64,000 nt of DNA from Eledone cirrhosa (Eukaryota): NCBI GenBank assembly GCA_964016885.1, contig OZ024740.1:168268001-168332000 (forward strand). The letters are read 5' to 3'. Within the stretch, counting starts at the first letter, position 1. The number at the start of each line of letters is the position of its first letter. Positions 10,695 through 25,630 of the stretch are shown one piece after another. Both the position numbers and the translations under genes were made by a program. The notes under the pieces are model-generated. The model saw only the letters and a list, made by a program, of their open reading frames with translations, was not told where the DNA came from and did not search any database.

Positions 10695-11189
10695 ACTAGC
10701 CGAATTACCCGCGCCTTGCTGCGTTTCACACATTTTTTTGTAAGAAAATGATGATTGATTTTAAATCACTGATATAATTCATGGAGAAAAACTCTGCAAT
10801 TCAATATTACTCTATGTAAAATGTAATGTATGAAAAATTGGAAAACATTTTTTTTTGTAATACATCAAATCAAAATTACACTATTAAATCTTATTCTTAT
10901 TTTGTTTCTTGTAAATAAAGTTTTTCAAAATATCAATTCAAAACTTTTGTGAATAGGCATCATATCTTGTCATTTACCTATGGTTTAAATTTCATATAAA
11001 TCGAAGGGAAAAAAGTTTCGGCGTGGGTTTTCAGGAGAGATTTGTGCCCCCGGGGAACCCTTTAATTAAAATGAAATATACTTATCCAAGTACCCTGGGC
11101 AATGTAGTTTCAGAATATATATAGTTATGGGGGTCTATCTCCAAAATCATAGGAGGAGTTCATAAACAAACAAACAGACAGGAATACTA

Positions 11190-11195
<6 letters not shown>
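10695..11195 (-). mobile_element. Non-autonomous Helitron-like element
   Basis: The minus-strand 3' end CGCAGCAAGGCGCGGGTAATTCGG-CTAG|T is a GC-rich degenerate hairpin followed by CTAG. The opposite end has CAAACAAACAGACAG repeats typical of such elements. Confidence 0.5.
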
Positions 11196-11270
<75 letters not shown>

Positions 11271-11490
11271 GAGAGGTATAGAGATTGTTTTAGCAAGAAG
11301 CTAACGGCATTCTATAACATATATGCGACTATAACGTCAAGATGGGAAAAGTAGTTAACGAAAGATTTAGGAAAAATAACTCAAACTCATCTCAAAAGAG
11401 AATCAGGATATAAATTCATCCACAGAATTTAGTGAAATCCGGGGAAAAATCTATAGACCTTTAACTCATGATAAAATAAAGTTTGAAACA

Positions 11491-11536
<46 letters not shown>

Positions 11537-12588
11537 CCGTAGAGCAAAAATATATTATTTGTACAGATTAAGCAAAGAATCGCTGCTTTCACCCTTTTAC
11601 GGGACCTTCCATATATATATAAGTGATGAGGGACCTTTTCAATCTCAAAAGCTATATTTATCTAAAATAAAAGACAAACAAAACCGCATATTTCATTATA
11701 TACATAGATACCAGAGAACACGTATTTAACTAACGTTTTTTCTTACTCAATTTCATCTGAAATTCTTTCAAGGCCCGGGTCATAAGCCATGACTTTTATT
11801 TTAATACAATATTGCAAATTTGATAAAATAAAATATATTCAGAGCAACTAAGGGCTACTCGAGAAGAGCTAAAGAGCCGCATACGACTGACCCGACTCAC
11901 ATTTAAATGGCAACAAACTCACTCAAAATAGAAAACATCCGAAAGAACGTATTGGGCATTGCCCCACCCCCGGCTGTCTACATTTTAGATGTTTTTAATT
12001 AAGAAAACAAATTCATTAGAAAAGTTTTCAAACCAAAATTTAGATCATTTGTAAGGAAGGCGTTGTTTATTAAAATTCCAATATTTTATCAACATTCTGG
12101 AAATTATTCTTTAATATTCAACCTTTTTCTTTCTCTTTTTTCACATACCACTATTTCTCTGTGTATGTGTGTATGTGTGTATATGTGTGTGTATGCGTTT
12201 GTCTTGGTCTATGTTATAACTGTGTATATATGTGGCCGCTCCCTCCCACTCTTTTTCTCCCCTATCTCTTTCTTGTTCTGTTTATCTAAATTCAACTTAT
12301 CTTAATCAACTATTGATTTGATACTCACCTCTTAAACTTGTAGATACAAGAATATCAAGGTTTAGTTGTGAAATTTCAGAGGTCAATTTTAAATAATGGT
12401 TGATAAAGATAAGTTGAATTTAGATAAACAGATCGACACGAGAGATGTGAAGTGAGAGGGGAAGAAAGAGAGAGAGAGATAGGGAGAGGGAGTGGCTCTA
12501 TATATATATATATATATATACATACATACATACAGATATATATATATATATATGCACTTAAACACGTACGCATTCACACACATACACA

Positions 12589-12650
<62 letters not shown>

Positions 12651-12713
12651 CACAGAAAATAGAGACGAACACATATATTGTGAGGTTTTAACTCAATATA
12701 TACTTTTGATATA

Positions 12714-12764
<51 letters not shown>

Positions 12765-12772
<8 letters not shown>

Positions 12773-13170
12773 ATACTTGGGGAGGGTCATATTTGTGTAA
12801 TAATATTGCCAGAATTAATAAGAGAACACACTCACTGTTTGGTTGGTTTTCGCTTCTGGGTCTTTTATATCGGTTAATTTAATTTATTCGGTCCTCAATG
12901 TTACCATTGACTGAGCACCGGTCAAAAATACAGATATAATATAGACACAAACACATATATATAGTCTAACAAAGTTCTTTCGTTGCACATCTGCAACATC
13001 GTCAGTGGTGCTATTATGTTTCCTCCTGTTGTATTGTATGCCTACGCCATCTTTATTTCTAAATAAAGAAAGAACTTTGTTAGACTATATATGACCCTCT
13101 CCAAGTATAACAATATTTGTTTCGACACACGATTTCATATCAAAAACCTCGCAAAACTAATTCATCGCCG
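12765..13170. mobile_element. Short TA-inserted repeat (family C) with internal inversions; a related copy lies at 43530-43685
   Basis: TTGTTATACTTGGGGAGGGTCAT (12768) is inverted against ATGACCCTCTCCAAGTATAACAA (13091). AAGTATAACAATAT..ACACACGATTTCA is shared with about 43612-43646. An HHR-like CTGACGA-TGTTGCAGATGTGCAAC-GAAA lies on the minus strand at about 12978-13005. Confidence 0.6.
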
Positions 13171-13259
<89 letters not shown>

Positions 13260-13968
13260 CACACACATATATATATGGGCTTTCCTGGTGATTTCTTTTG
13301 AATGAAACAGTTTTGGTCCAGTAGAAGCCATTTCGATATTAAACATTATATATATGTATATGTTATATATGTGTGTGTGTGTGTGTGTGTCTGTATGTGT
13401 GTGTGTGGGGGGGGGGGGTTACTAAAACTCTGCGATTGCTTGCTTGCTTGTCTGTAATGTAATACAGCAAAAAGGGCACATAATGGGAAAATACTTTGAA
13501 AGGAAGTTGACCCTGAAATGCGAATATAAATGAAATAAAACAGGTTTCGCGTAAATCGGAGAACGAGTTCCGGAGATATGGAGATTTCAGAGTAATGGAG
13601 ATTTCCGGTACCTTCATAAACAGAGAGAGAGAAGGATAGGCAGAAAGAGAGTGGTTGTGAAAGAGATTGAAACAGAGACATAGAGAGAGGGAGAGGAGAC
13701 AGGAAACGAGAATGGAAGAGAGAGAACGCCGGTGGTGTTGTTGTGTATATATGTGTGTGTCTATGTCCAGTGAATGTAGATGACAGACACACACATATAT
13801 ATATATATACACACATATATATATATATGTATACACACACACATATTTATATATATATATATATATACATACAAACACGTATATATATGGGCCTTCCAGT
13901 TTCATTTTACATTATATACATGTCTGAAAAATTATTTTAAAATGAACGTGACACAACGGGTGGTCTAG

Positions 13969-14026
<58 letters not shown>

Positions 14027-14031
<5 letters not shown>

Positions 14032-14235
14032 AACGAGTAGGACCCCGACGGCTGAGCTCAAGCCGTTTCGACGGCTAATTCTGGACTCAATTAGCCGTCC
14101 AGAATTAGCCGTCGAAACGGCTTGAGCCCAGCCGTCGGGGTCCTACTCGTTCCTATTGCCCACTCTACTACCCTAAGTATTGAGTACTTTGGTGCGTTAT
14201 GGTCCACTTGGTTCCTTACCACATTTCCTTCGTTA
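14027..14235 (+). mobile_element. Short element with 5' inversion carrying the 3' half of a hammerhead; second copy at 34045-34165
   Basis: Inverted repeat arms are 14027-14090 and 14097-14156. GAA-ACGGCT tgagccc AGCCGT-C-GGGGTCC lies at 14114-14143. The downstream 120 bp are shared with 34045-34165. Confidence 0.75.
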
Positions 14236-14298
14236 TATATATATATATATATATAATACGATATTAACAAATGGAAACTATATTTATAAAACCATATT

Positions 14299-14363
14299 TA
14301 TTTCATTATACATATTTCAAGGACACCAAGTTAAATTATGGTGTGCTTTCATCAGATAAAATA
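14299..14363 (-). ncRNA. Type I hammerhead motif (family B, solo pLTR-like copy about 14260-14420)
   Basis: Reverse complement reads TATTTTAT-CTGATGA-AAGcACACCA..TGGTGTcCTT-GAA-ATATGTAT-A-ATGAAATA. Confidence 0.75.
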
Positions 14364-15003
14364 TAATATAGATCAGTTTTATAAATAAATATTGACATAC
14401 CCTTAAAAATAGAACTTTTACATATATATATATATATATCCGTATGTGGTTATGTGGTTGACGGTGGAGAGAAAGGAGTACTCAAAACCGAACTAGAGTT
14501 TTATACTCACTACCATCCTCCCTTTATCGCCTCCTTCTTCTTTCACACATCCATATCCCCCCCCCCTCCTCACTGTCACCACCACCCTTCCAATCCTATC
14601 TTAATTAGCCCCTTCTCAATTAAATCTCCCTTCCCCCACCCCAAGTCTTTTTTTTTTATACTTTGCCGTTGCAACGTTAGTTCTTGTCTGATGACGCTGT
14701 GATAAACAGGCGAAACACCTGACCAACAACACTCACTATTTAACCTTAATAAAATGGATATATATTCATATACATATATATATATTGGTAAACGGAATAG
14801 AAAATGCTGACAAATTGTTCACAGTTGAAAAATGGTTTAATTAGGAATAAAAGAGTATTAGTGATTGTATAGGTTAGTATTCAGTTGTGGTTTTAAGTTT
14901 TTAAGTTTTTACCGGTTGCGCATTTCTAAATGCTTTTCAAAAATAATTTTGAGATAGAGTGTCCGTGCTGTTTGCTCTGATCTGATTAGTTTGGGAATTC
15001 TAC

Positions 15004-15231
15004 CTGTTTTTATGTTAAAAAAGTGGCTCCAGCGTTATTTTTGTGTTGCAAAAATGCTTGTGGTCAAAACAATTTTGATTGGTCGGTAGAGGTCATGTGA
15101 ATGTAAAAAGTTGATTTTGCGCCAAGACTGTTTTTATGTTAAAAAAGTGGCTCCAGCAAAAATTCTTGGGCAAAACAATTTTGATTGGTCGGTAGAGGTC
15201 ATGTGGATAAAAAATTGGTTTTGCGCCAAGA
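15004..15231. repeat. Imperfect tandem duplication, period about 124 bp
   Basis: CTGTTTTTATGTTAAAAAAGTGGCTCCAGC and CAAAACAATTTTGATTGGTCGGTAGAGGTCATGTG each occur twice. Confidence 0.8.
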
Positions 15232-15279
15232 TTGAGAAATGACTCTTTCACAACAAATATGTGTGTGTGTGTGTGTATG

Positions 15280-15318
<39 letters not shown>

Positions 15319-15389
15319 AGTAGTAGTAGTAAGGTGTTCGATGCTGCGACAATGGCCAGCAGCGATGTGTGTCAAATGGCTATTAAGAT

Positions 15390-15516
<127 letters not shown>

Positions 15517-16186
15517 GCAGAGTAATTCGATGGTCAGTAAGAATGTGTCAGAAATTACTTTTAGAACGGTAGTATGTAATTTGAGGGAAATTTGTTTACT
15601 ATTTTTAGCAGGTCAAGCAATTATGTAGAGTTTCTCCGAGAGAGTTAATGCTCTTCCCCACAAATATTCCTCTATAGAAGACTGATCTGGAAATTCCATT
15701 ATCCGTATTGTTTGGTTGTGAGCGCCTGGCAACGTTCCAGATATCTGATGCTATGTGCCAGATGCCAGATACCACACGCCCAGTTTTGATCATCGCTTAA
15801 CGGAAAACTATAGCTCAGTCAAACATACAAGGTGTAAAAAGACGGGCCTTGGAAATGACGACTACACATATTAACATCCAAGAATTTCTACAAATGCCGC
15901 ATTCTTAGCTCATGCTTGCGCATACTCTGTTCGTTGCAAATGGACATCAGTGAAGCACTTACCTTCCACAAGGAACGAAAGAGCAGATGTTATAATTTGG
16001 TTCGGCGAAAACTGAGGCAAAGCAATTTGGGCAAGCGGTAATTATACGACACAGGTGATGTATACGTTCGCCCCCGCCCCCTGTCCTTTCAGAGATAGCT
16101 TCCTTTCTAAGGGAAACTGACTACCTTGCTCATAAACTCGTCCTAGTTCCTAACCACCCGGAGGTATACATACATACATACATATA

Positions 16187-16305
<119 letters not shown>

Positions 16306-16678
16306 TCCGGGTAGGTAGTTTTTAATTATTTTTTGTATTCTGAAACATCAAAATACAACAAATTTTTGCTCACATGGCTCGAGAATATCATGACAGAAGT
16401 TTGTGGAAGTGACACAAATATTTTCGTATATTTTGCCGGAGCAATCCTTATTTATATTTTACATTTTACATTTACTTACATCTCAATATAAGATGGTTAA
16501 AATTTAAATTTTGCAGAGAGAAGAAAACCGACAAAAGAACTAGATACATTTCACTGCCCCCCGCCACCACAATAACGTCTACACTCTCACCCTACCACCA
16601 CATTTACATTTACACATGTCATTACCCTTGTAGACTAAAGTCAGTGGCCTGTTGTCAAACTCTCTACTCTGTGTTGAA

Positions 16679-16751
<73 letters not shown>

Positions 16752-17304
16752 AGAAATTAAAAAGATGGTTAAAAAAGTTCCATGTATTTTATTATGCGCA
16801 TTTCAAAAACAAATATCATCCAGGGACGATATTTGCGTTCTCATCAGATAAAATAGGGAGAGATGATATGAAGCTTAAAAAAGACACTTGTGAGCAAGGT
16901 AGTGTCTAAACAACATGTGATAAATAAATTTAAAAGGATATAGGAGATTGGAAAAAGGAAAGGAAGGGAAGAAGGGTAAGGAAGATGAAGAAAGGAAAAA
17001 GAAAAAAGAAGGAAAGGATAACGGAGGAAGATTATAAGAAGGAGGAAGGAGAGAGAAAGAGAGAGGAGAGAAAAGAGAGAGAGATAAACATTTAAACTGA
17101 GAAACGCTGTCCCACACAGAGAGATGACTGAAAAAAAAACGGTTGTAAAATTTATAAATAAATTAAATAAATTAATAAGATTTTAAATTTAAAAGTTTAT
17201 GGATAATGATGTTTATGATTACAGATATAGAAATTAAGTATACTATTTATTTAGGGTTATTCAGACGTACATACACCGATATAGTCAGCCGATCTGGAGG
17301 GTTT

Positions 17305-17481
17305 CGAGCAATGTAAATTATTCTTGAATAGTATTTTTCAGATGCCGTTTATTTCCATATAATGTGTGAGTGTGCTCGTACACGCACTGCATAAGAGTAA
17401 ATACATGCATGAACTCGCTCACACTGTATGAGGATAAACAACATCTGAAAAATACCATTCAAAAATAATTTACATTGCTCG
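17305..17481. mobile_element. Fold-back (MITE-like) element
   Basis: CGAGCAATGTAAATTATT..TTTTTCAGATG is inverted against CATCTGAAAAATA..AATAATTTACATTGCTCG. Confidence 0.7.
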
Positions 17482-18649
17482 TCACCATTCAAAACTACAG
17501 ACTGGTCACGTACCCCCATAGTCATATATATTTGCCTGTTTATATTTTAGACTTTCCCAATACCAAGGAGCATAACAACGCATCTCTGTAGTCCATAATC
17601 TATAAACTATCTTTTCAGCTGCACTTCTCTGAAATACTTGTCCCCAGTCTACCAGAATCAGCGTCGTTGCAATGTTTGTGTTTACAGAACATGGGTGGCT
17701 ATATATACATAATACATATATATATGTGGGGTGGGGCCAGAGTGTATGTGTCTGTATTATATATATATATATATATAAACAAGGAAATGGTATCGTTCGG
17801 TTGTTTTGGCGTCAGAAATGTGTCATACCATATACACCAACTCTTGTGAATTATTTTGGAAATAATTATATCACATCTTACAACTTATTTCTTGACTTGA
17901 AATTAAAATGAATAAGACATTCTGTTTTATGTATGCTTTCATACTGATTCCTTAGATAAAATCCTGAGAAACTCCTGTCGTTGTGACGGTAGCGCATTGG
18001 AAAGGTCGTTCGAACATTGAATTGAATGCTTTGCGGTACACACTCCAGCTTTCTGTGTTCTGAGTTCAAATTCCACTGAGGTCAAATGTACATTTCAGCC
18101 TTTCAGGTTGTTAAATAAACGATTAATCCATTACTGGAGATAATTCTTTCTCTCTCTCACTCTGCTACCATCCACTTTCCACCATGGCAGACGCTGTTCA
18201 ATACATATGCACCAGATTTAATATAACAGATATGATGAACAGTTGTTGCCATTCTTTTTAAAGCAATAAACGAACACTCTAAAAATTAGGAAACAGTTAG
18301 CAAATTAGTAGAGTAGGCAGGTCGGTATGTAGGTAAGTAGCCTGGAAGATAGATAGAACAAAGTCATTTGGATATATGTTTGATAATATGTAAGAAAATT
18401 ATTGTAATTTATTTAAATGAATGTAAAATAAAATACGGTGATGGCCGAAGTATCAAGCAGGAGAAGGCCAAGGAAAATCGAGGATTCAAGCATTTTAACA
18501 TAGAATGTTGTAATCAGGGAATTAAAAATATTTTAACGACGATCTATTTATAGAAACGATGAACGGATATTTATTTACTGAAAATTAACATAGAGTCAGA
18601 AGCTTCAAAGCACGTGTTTTTTTAACTATAAAAATAGTCTAACAAATCT

Positions 18650-18852
18650 TGGTTAACTTTCTGGAGAACTTTCTGGCATCCGTCGTTGGCGATTGTCAAA
18701 CTGATCTAAAGTTGCAATTTGTTGGTGTATATATAAGAAATTCCCCAGACAAACAGCCAAATTCCTTATATATGCACCAACACATTGCAACTTTATATCA
18801 GTTTGACAATCGCCACCGACGAATGCAAGAAAGTTCTCCAGAAAGTTAACCA
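18650..18852. mobile_element. Fold-back (MITE-like) element with arms of about 95 bp
   Basis: TGGTTAACTTTCTGGAGAACTTTCT..TATATATAAG pairs with CTTATATATG..AGAAAGTTCTCCAGAAAGTTAACCA. Confidence 0.8.
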
Positions 18853-19025
18853 GAATTTTTTTTTAACTTTCCAGCGAAGTTATAAAGGACGTATTAGATC
18901 TACATAGAAAAATTATAAAATTATAAAATTAAATTGTTATAGAATACCAACTATAAGTGAAATCATTTTTTTCCTTTTTTCAAATATACCTAACTGTGCC
19001 AAGGATCTCACACATTTTCCAACAA

Positions 19026-19417
<392 letters not shown>

Positions 19418-19942
19418 ATATATATAGAATAACTTGTACAAATTTAGCTATAGGCAGATTCCTAGAAGAGTGACCAAAAACAAGCCTGCTCCACCAAAAA
19501 TCTCGCCATTACTTTAGTTTCAACTGATAAGACAATATTACATAAAATAAAATAAAGCAGCATGGAAGAACTCAGCTTCATTAAATAGCATTCTTTGAGA
19601 GTATATATTAATATTCGTCTGTTAGTCAACCGAGGACATCAACTACCGTATCAACATGGTGTAAGTTTTACGCATGCGGGAATTAAGCAACCAAGTAATT
19701 ATTTGTAGATAAAGACAGTGACGAGTATAAATGTCGCTAGATATAGCAGCTATATATCACGTTTATCAACTCAACAATAAAGGAGTAGCATAAATGATAG
19801 CTAAAAATATCACGTAGAGATAATGTATTTTTAAACCAGAAAATATGTGGGGTTATTAAATTTATTATGGTAAGATTCTATTGTTATCTTGGCACCTTTA
19901 ATTTTCTAATGCATTGTATGGTTTTCAAAACTATTTAAATTT

Positions 19943-19980
<38 letters not shown>

Positions 19981-21379
19981 ATTTGGTTCTGCCAATAACA
20001 CAAGAATATTTACTCTCAATCATTTAATCCAGTTTGCCGTAAATAGATATTTCATGGGAATAATCTCCTAATCGGTAAACAATACAGTATATCTTGGTAT
20101 ATCTTGGAATGTCATTGATTCTATTAAGTTGAATTTCCTTGGATATACTTTTGGAAGAAAGAGTTTTTTCAAATACGTTCATAATACAATATCAACAACA
20201 GTAACAGCTACGGTAACAACAACACTATATATCAATTTCGAAAATCCTGAAAAACTGGCTTTGCCTTGGTCTTCTACAAAAAATGATATGCCTTCATTTA
20301 TTTACTTATATATTTCTAAATAATATTGTTTCAGAATGATAGTCTCCGGGGACAGAAGTATACAGTGTTATCACCGTCTGTCTGTTGGTTTAAGAAGATA
20401 ATTACTTCTCACTTACAACGAACGTCTTCATATGCTGACAGAAGATCTTTTAATTCTATCGACGAATGAGATCTAACAACGGAATGCCTGCAAAAACAAA
20501 TAGTTGCTGTTAACCGAAATGTATAAATATAAATATACGTATATATGTGATTACTCCTTCGGTGTCAACAAAATAAAAATAGTAAAATTAATCAAATACG
20601 ATGTGTTGGGTGTGGGTGTGGAGAGAGGTAGAATCTTATGTTTTGGGTCAGAATCCTTCTTTGAAAAGTAGAAGGTTGTAAATGAAACTGAATCCAACAC
20701 AATCCTTGTTACTTTGATGTGGCGCTCTGTCAGAAATGTCAGCGTTAATCTTTCTTTACATTATACAAACTTAATTTATTTAAGACATAAAATAGGAGCC
20801 ATGGATTTGACTTGCCTCTTTCTTCTTTATTGCTAATTTTCCATTTTTCTTCATAGATACTTTGTATGTAATTTCATACTTTAAAATACGTGTTGCATCT
20901 ACAAAGTTGCTGCTCCAGCTAGGTTTTAGCCATGACGGTTAAAGTTAGTTAACGAACTAAATAAGCAAAATAGTATGTATATGCAAATGTGTGTAGTTAT
21001 GTTTTGTATGTGTGCTCATTTCTGTATGCATTTGTGTAATTGACATGTAAAGTTTATTTTATAAACTAAATTTTAACCTCACCTTAAGACCATTACGTAT
21101 TAATTAATCAATTAAATAATTGTTTCTACTTTAGGCACAAGGCCAGCAATTACCCAGTGCATTACTGGTACTTTATTTTATCGACCCCGTAAGGATGAAA
21201 GGCAAAGTTAAATAATGTATGTAAAATAGGAATTAGCTAAACTGATTAGTCTAATTTGCATAACAGTGCATGAGCCGACAACAGGGATTAATTAAGTAAT
21301 TCCTATTTTGCATACATTGTAAATAGCTATAAGCTATTTACGTTTATATTAACGGGTGCTATTATTTCTCTAATGAAAA

Positions 21380-21570
21380 GGGCGGTGAATTGGCAGTATC
21401 AGTAGAGGGTCTGACACCATGCTTTGACGCATAGAGTTACGGCCCTTGCCTTTCTGAGTTCAAATCCCGCCGAGGTTGACTTTGCCTTTCATCCTTACGG
21501 GCTCGATAAAATAAAGTACCAGTAATACACTGAGTAATTGCTGGCCTTGTGCCTAAAGTAGAAACAATTA
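21380..21570 (+). mobile_element. tRNA-derived SINE (abundant family)
   Basis: A box TGGCAGTATCAG, B box GAGTTCAAATCC, conserved core GCCTTTCATCCTTACGGG.TCGATAAAATAAAGTACCAG and tail GCTGGCCTTGTGCC.AAAGTAGAAAC. A partial inverted copy lies at 21120-21210. Confidence 0.9.
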
Positions 21571-22454
21571 TTTCTCTAATGAAGGTCTAAGAAAAGTAGA
21601 AACTAACGTGATCTATTCCATTTACTCTGTCACCGAAAATATTAAATTTGTAATGTAACCAGTGTGTACTTATCACAGTAAAACTAAAATTGCGTGTTTT
21701 GTTTTTAAATATTATACTTTACAGTTCAAATTAACCAAAAGCTCTGTGTGGGACACTGAAATATTATATATATATATATATGTATGTGTGTATGTGTGTG
21801 TGTGTATGTGTGTGTGTGTGTGTACGTATGTATGTATGCATTTATGTGTGGGTGTATGTGTGTATGTTTGTATGTAAGTATGTATGTAGATATGTATGTA
21901 TGTATATATGTTTATGCTTGAAAATAGAATTACCAGTTTATGCTCAAACCACACCCCAAACTATCTCGTGAAAAACAGAAGTATGCTCCCAAGAGGAAAA
22001 CCAAGACGTTAAAGAGCCAAAACATAATCAACTAAAATACTAACAACCCACAATTGACATCAATAACAAAAGTCGAATCGAAAATATATCATCTCTTCAG
22101 AACAGCATAAAAATTATCGTCAATAATCAAAGCTCTCTAAAGGAAGACTGAACAACTGGAAAATTTAAACACAACCCCAAAACTCGTTTTACTAAAAGTA
22201 ACAGTGTTATTGTTTCTTTTATAGTCTCATTGATTGTTAAAAACATTCCCCACAATGATATCAAAGAAATGTTTCAGGAGACTCGACAGAAACAGAATTG
22301 CTTCATCTTTTGTAGTCTCACTGAAATTGACGTAAGCATGGACTGGGCCGGATTTAATGGGGGGTGGGCAAAGTGGGCAATGCTCCGGGCCTCCTGAAAT
22401 GGGGGGGGGGTTATTAATCGCTTTCATTTCTTGTCCTATTAAATTATTTGAGCC

Positions 22455-22645
22455 GATGGTGGATTGGCAGTATCGGTAGAGGGTCTGACGCCATGCTTTG
22501 CAGCAAAGAGTTACGGCCCTTTATGGTCTGAGTTCAAATCCCACCGCGGTTAACTTTACCTTTCATCCTTACGGGGGTCGACAAAATAAAGTACCAATAA
22601 TGCACTGGGTAATTGCTGGCCTTGTGCCAAAAGTAGAAACAATTA
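22455..22645 (+). mobile_element. tRNA-derived SINE
   Basis: Full-length copy of the family at 21380. Confidence 0.9.
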
Positions 22646-22914
22646 TTTGAGTCGGTGGTGAAATCAAGATTAACTAACATTCTGGAGAGCCACAATATAC
22701 TAAATTAGAACCAGCTTTCTTTTCTATGAAGCAAACATTGCTTAATGCTGATTCTACTCCAGTTTGATAACATGTTTAATGCTTTAGGCCCAGACACAGA
22801 TTATTATCTCCATTGGCTTTAACAAGGCATTCAACAGAGTAGGTCACATTTAATCTTTTAAACTCCAATTTAAAAAAAAAAGGACTATTCTACATTTGGG
22901 TCCGTGGAAAACTC

Positions 22915-23022
22915 GCACGGGCCGCCGACACTCCGATCTTGCGGAGCAGCTCGGCAGTACAGGGTCCAAGTACGCCTGAGATCTCGACGGCAGCTGGTGC
23001 GAAGAGGAAGCGGCTGGACAAA
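22915..23022 (-). mobile_element. Small fragment of the CRE-like element
   Basis: Reverse-complement homolog of about 8505-8607. Confidence 0.75.
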
Positions 23023-23342
23023 CGATACAACTCTTGTCCCGAAAGTATTTCTGTTCAATTCAATACTATACCGAAACAAATCAAGGAAAAAAAAGATTCA
23101 ATAAACATATGATGCGGCCAAGAATAATTCCATACTTGAATGGTTTGTGTTGTCCCTACTTATGAGACTTCATGAGGTGATGCTATGAAATTAGACTGGC
23201 AAAAACATACATTTATCTCAATTTATGTGTCTGTGTGTGTTACGCGTATGTTTGTATTTGTATGCGTGTGTATTTGTGTGCGTCTATGTGTAATTTCCTT
23301 CTTTCATTCTACTAATTTGAAAGGTTCTGTTAAGAGTCGTGG

Positions 23343-23421
<79 letters not shown>

Positions 23422-24599
23422 TGTGTGAGTGTGTCTGCGTGTTTGTTTTTGTGTATGTGAATATAAAATTTTCGTAAGATATCTGAGAATAAGTAAAGGC
23501 AATCGTAACGAAATAAACTTGGTGAAGGTATATCATTTATAAGCTGATAATATACGCAAATGAAAGCATCACCAATGTGTGGAAACACTTCTGTTTTGAA
23601 CTGAAATCACTAAATGTGACACATTTATTAATATTCAATATACACACAATTTACTCACACAGATTGTTGTGTTTGACATGACAATTTACTAAAATTCTTT
23701 GAAATAGCCAAAAGAATATTTGTAATATGAGAATATATTTGGTAGTTAGTTTTTTGGTTTCTTCAATTAAGTAAGAGGAGAGTTGCAGAGGGTTGGGTTT
23801 GTTAAGGTATCGTATGACCAACTGTTTGTATTTTGTTATAGCTTTTCACTGCGTAGTTCTTTTCAAACAAGCACGAGCGTGTGTACACACTCATGCGTAC
23901 GCATACATACACATACATACACATACACATACATACATGCATACATACATACATACATACATACATACATACATACATACATACATACATACATACATAC
24001 AAACAAACATACATACATGCACACATACATACATGCATACATACATGCATACATGCATACATACATGCAAACAAACATACGCACACACATATATATATAT
24101 GTGTGTGTGTTTGTGTGTGTACATATATATTATAGGGTAAATTTACAGAACTACACCCCTCTCCCGTTCGGTAGGAATTTCTTTTTCTATGCTTTTTCTT
24201 GTGCTTTCAATGAATCAGACCTCCAGATATGCCGGAAATGATTCGTTTTGATGGGGTTTTTTAAGCTAAAATACTATACTAGTAAAAGAGAAGGCCACCT
24301 CAGGGCTTTCTGTCCTGCAGTGCAAAAATGGACAGTGGGATAGATCTCCCCAGTGCTCCCAACACCCCCATCTTATTTAAAACAAAAAGAATTGTAGCAC
24401 CGGCAAGCGATGGGTAATCAGAAACGACCAACACAACAAAAATGGCAACCAGCCACGATCGGACTTCCTCCGAACAAAACACAAATGACGAAGAAAAAGC
24501 CAGACACACATGGGCATGAAACTAAGACCATCAGACTCGGACAAAAAGCAGGTGATCCTCCTGGTCGTATTTAGATAGAGTTTTCATTAAAGTCCACAG

Positions 24600-25630
24600 T
24601 TTCAGATAGTGCGATATACAGACCTCAAATTTGTGACTGGTACAATCAACTTAGAACAAACTAATAGACAGGATCCTGGTTACTGGAAACTGAACATGTC
24701 CTTCTCGGTCTGGAAATAATTCGGGGACCAGATTAGTGAACTAACGGGGGCTATCATAAACAACAGGTGTTGGGTTTCTTTAAAAAAAGAAACTTCGAGT
24801 ATTATCGGTGAGTTTCAACAAAACGTTAGCTACAGAAACCGGGGAGTAGAGAAAGAACTAGTCAATCGTTTAGAAGAAGCCATAGCAAAGGAATCATAGC
24901 TAACGTGCTAGCGACGAGAATGGCACCTGGCCATTTCTTCGGTACGAAACATGAAGGATATGTTGTCCGTGCTAGTACGTACGCACAGTCGTGTAAACAG
25001 GGAATGGTGATACAACTAAGAAAAAAACTGAACAAAGTGGACCTGGTAGAAAATATCAGGCCTGTAACTCTGTTGAACACAGAGTTAAAAGTTTTGGCAA
25101 AGGTGCTTGCCAAGAGATTGGCGCTTGTCATTGGCAATGTAGTCGGGGATACACAAACTTGTGTGATTCCTGGTAGATCGATCTCTGACAACTTCCATCT
25201 TATGAGATATAATATAGAAACGGCTGAAAGTAGACACAATTTTTGTGGAGATCTGGTTAATTTAGATCAGTCCAATACATTTGACAGGGTTGACCATCGC
25301 TACTTGGAGGCTTCCCTAAGAGCAGCTGGTTTCAGTCCCGTTTTCAGAAGTTGATTCGCTGCGCTCTACAACATCTGTTCGGTGGTCAAATTAAACGGCA
25401 ACTTATCGGAACCTTTTCACATTGAACGCTCGATCCATCTGGGATGTTCACTCCCTCCCATTTCTTCCTTCCTCTATATGTTGGCTTTGCGTTGGATTTG
25501 GTGCCTCTGCCGCGAATAATGGAAATCTTGAGGGGAATTCTATTTAAACCTGGTCGCAGGAGATCCGTGTCTGTGTACACAGACATCATTGTCATGGTGT
25601 TGGATATTTCAGATATAGAAAGAGCCGGCA
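24600..25630 (+). mobile_element. Degenerate Tx1/L1-clade LINE fragment (end of endonuclease plus RT)
   Basis: PGYWKLN at about 24675, then IRPVTLLNTELKVLAKVLAKRL..QTCVIPGRSISDNFHLMR..VNLDQSNTFDRVDHRYL, with stops and frameshifts. Confidence 0.85.

Noticed and set aside
13945-13969. Helitron-like 3' end (..ACGGGTGGT-CTAG|T)
   Set aside because: The hairpin is degenerate and the 5' boundary cannot be defined.
14689-14725. CTGATGA-CGCTGT..ACAGGC-GAAAC
   Set aside because: The base of stem II is mismatched and there is no convincing stem III or stem I. Possibly decayed, not called.
21380-21480. SINE heads as tRNA genes
   Set aside because: A and B boxes are present but there is no cloverleaf, and they continue into SINE core and tail.
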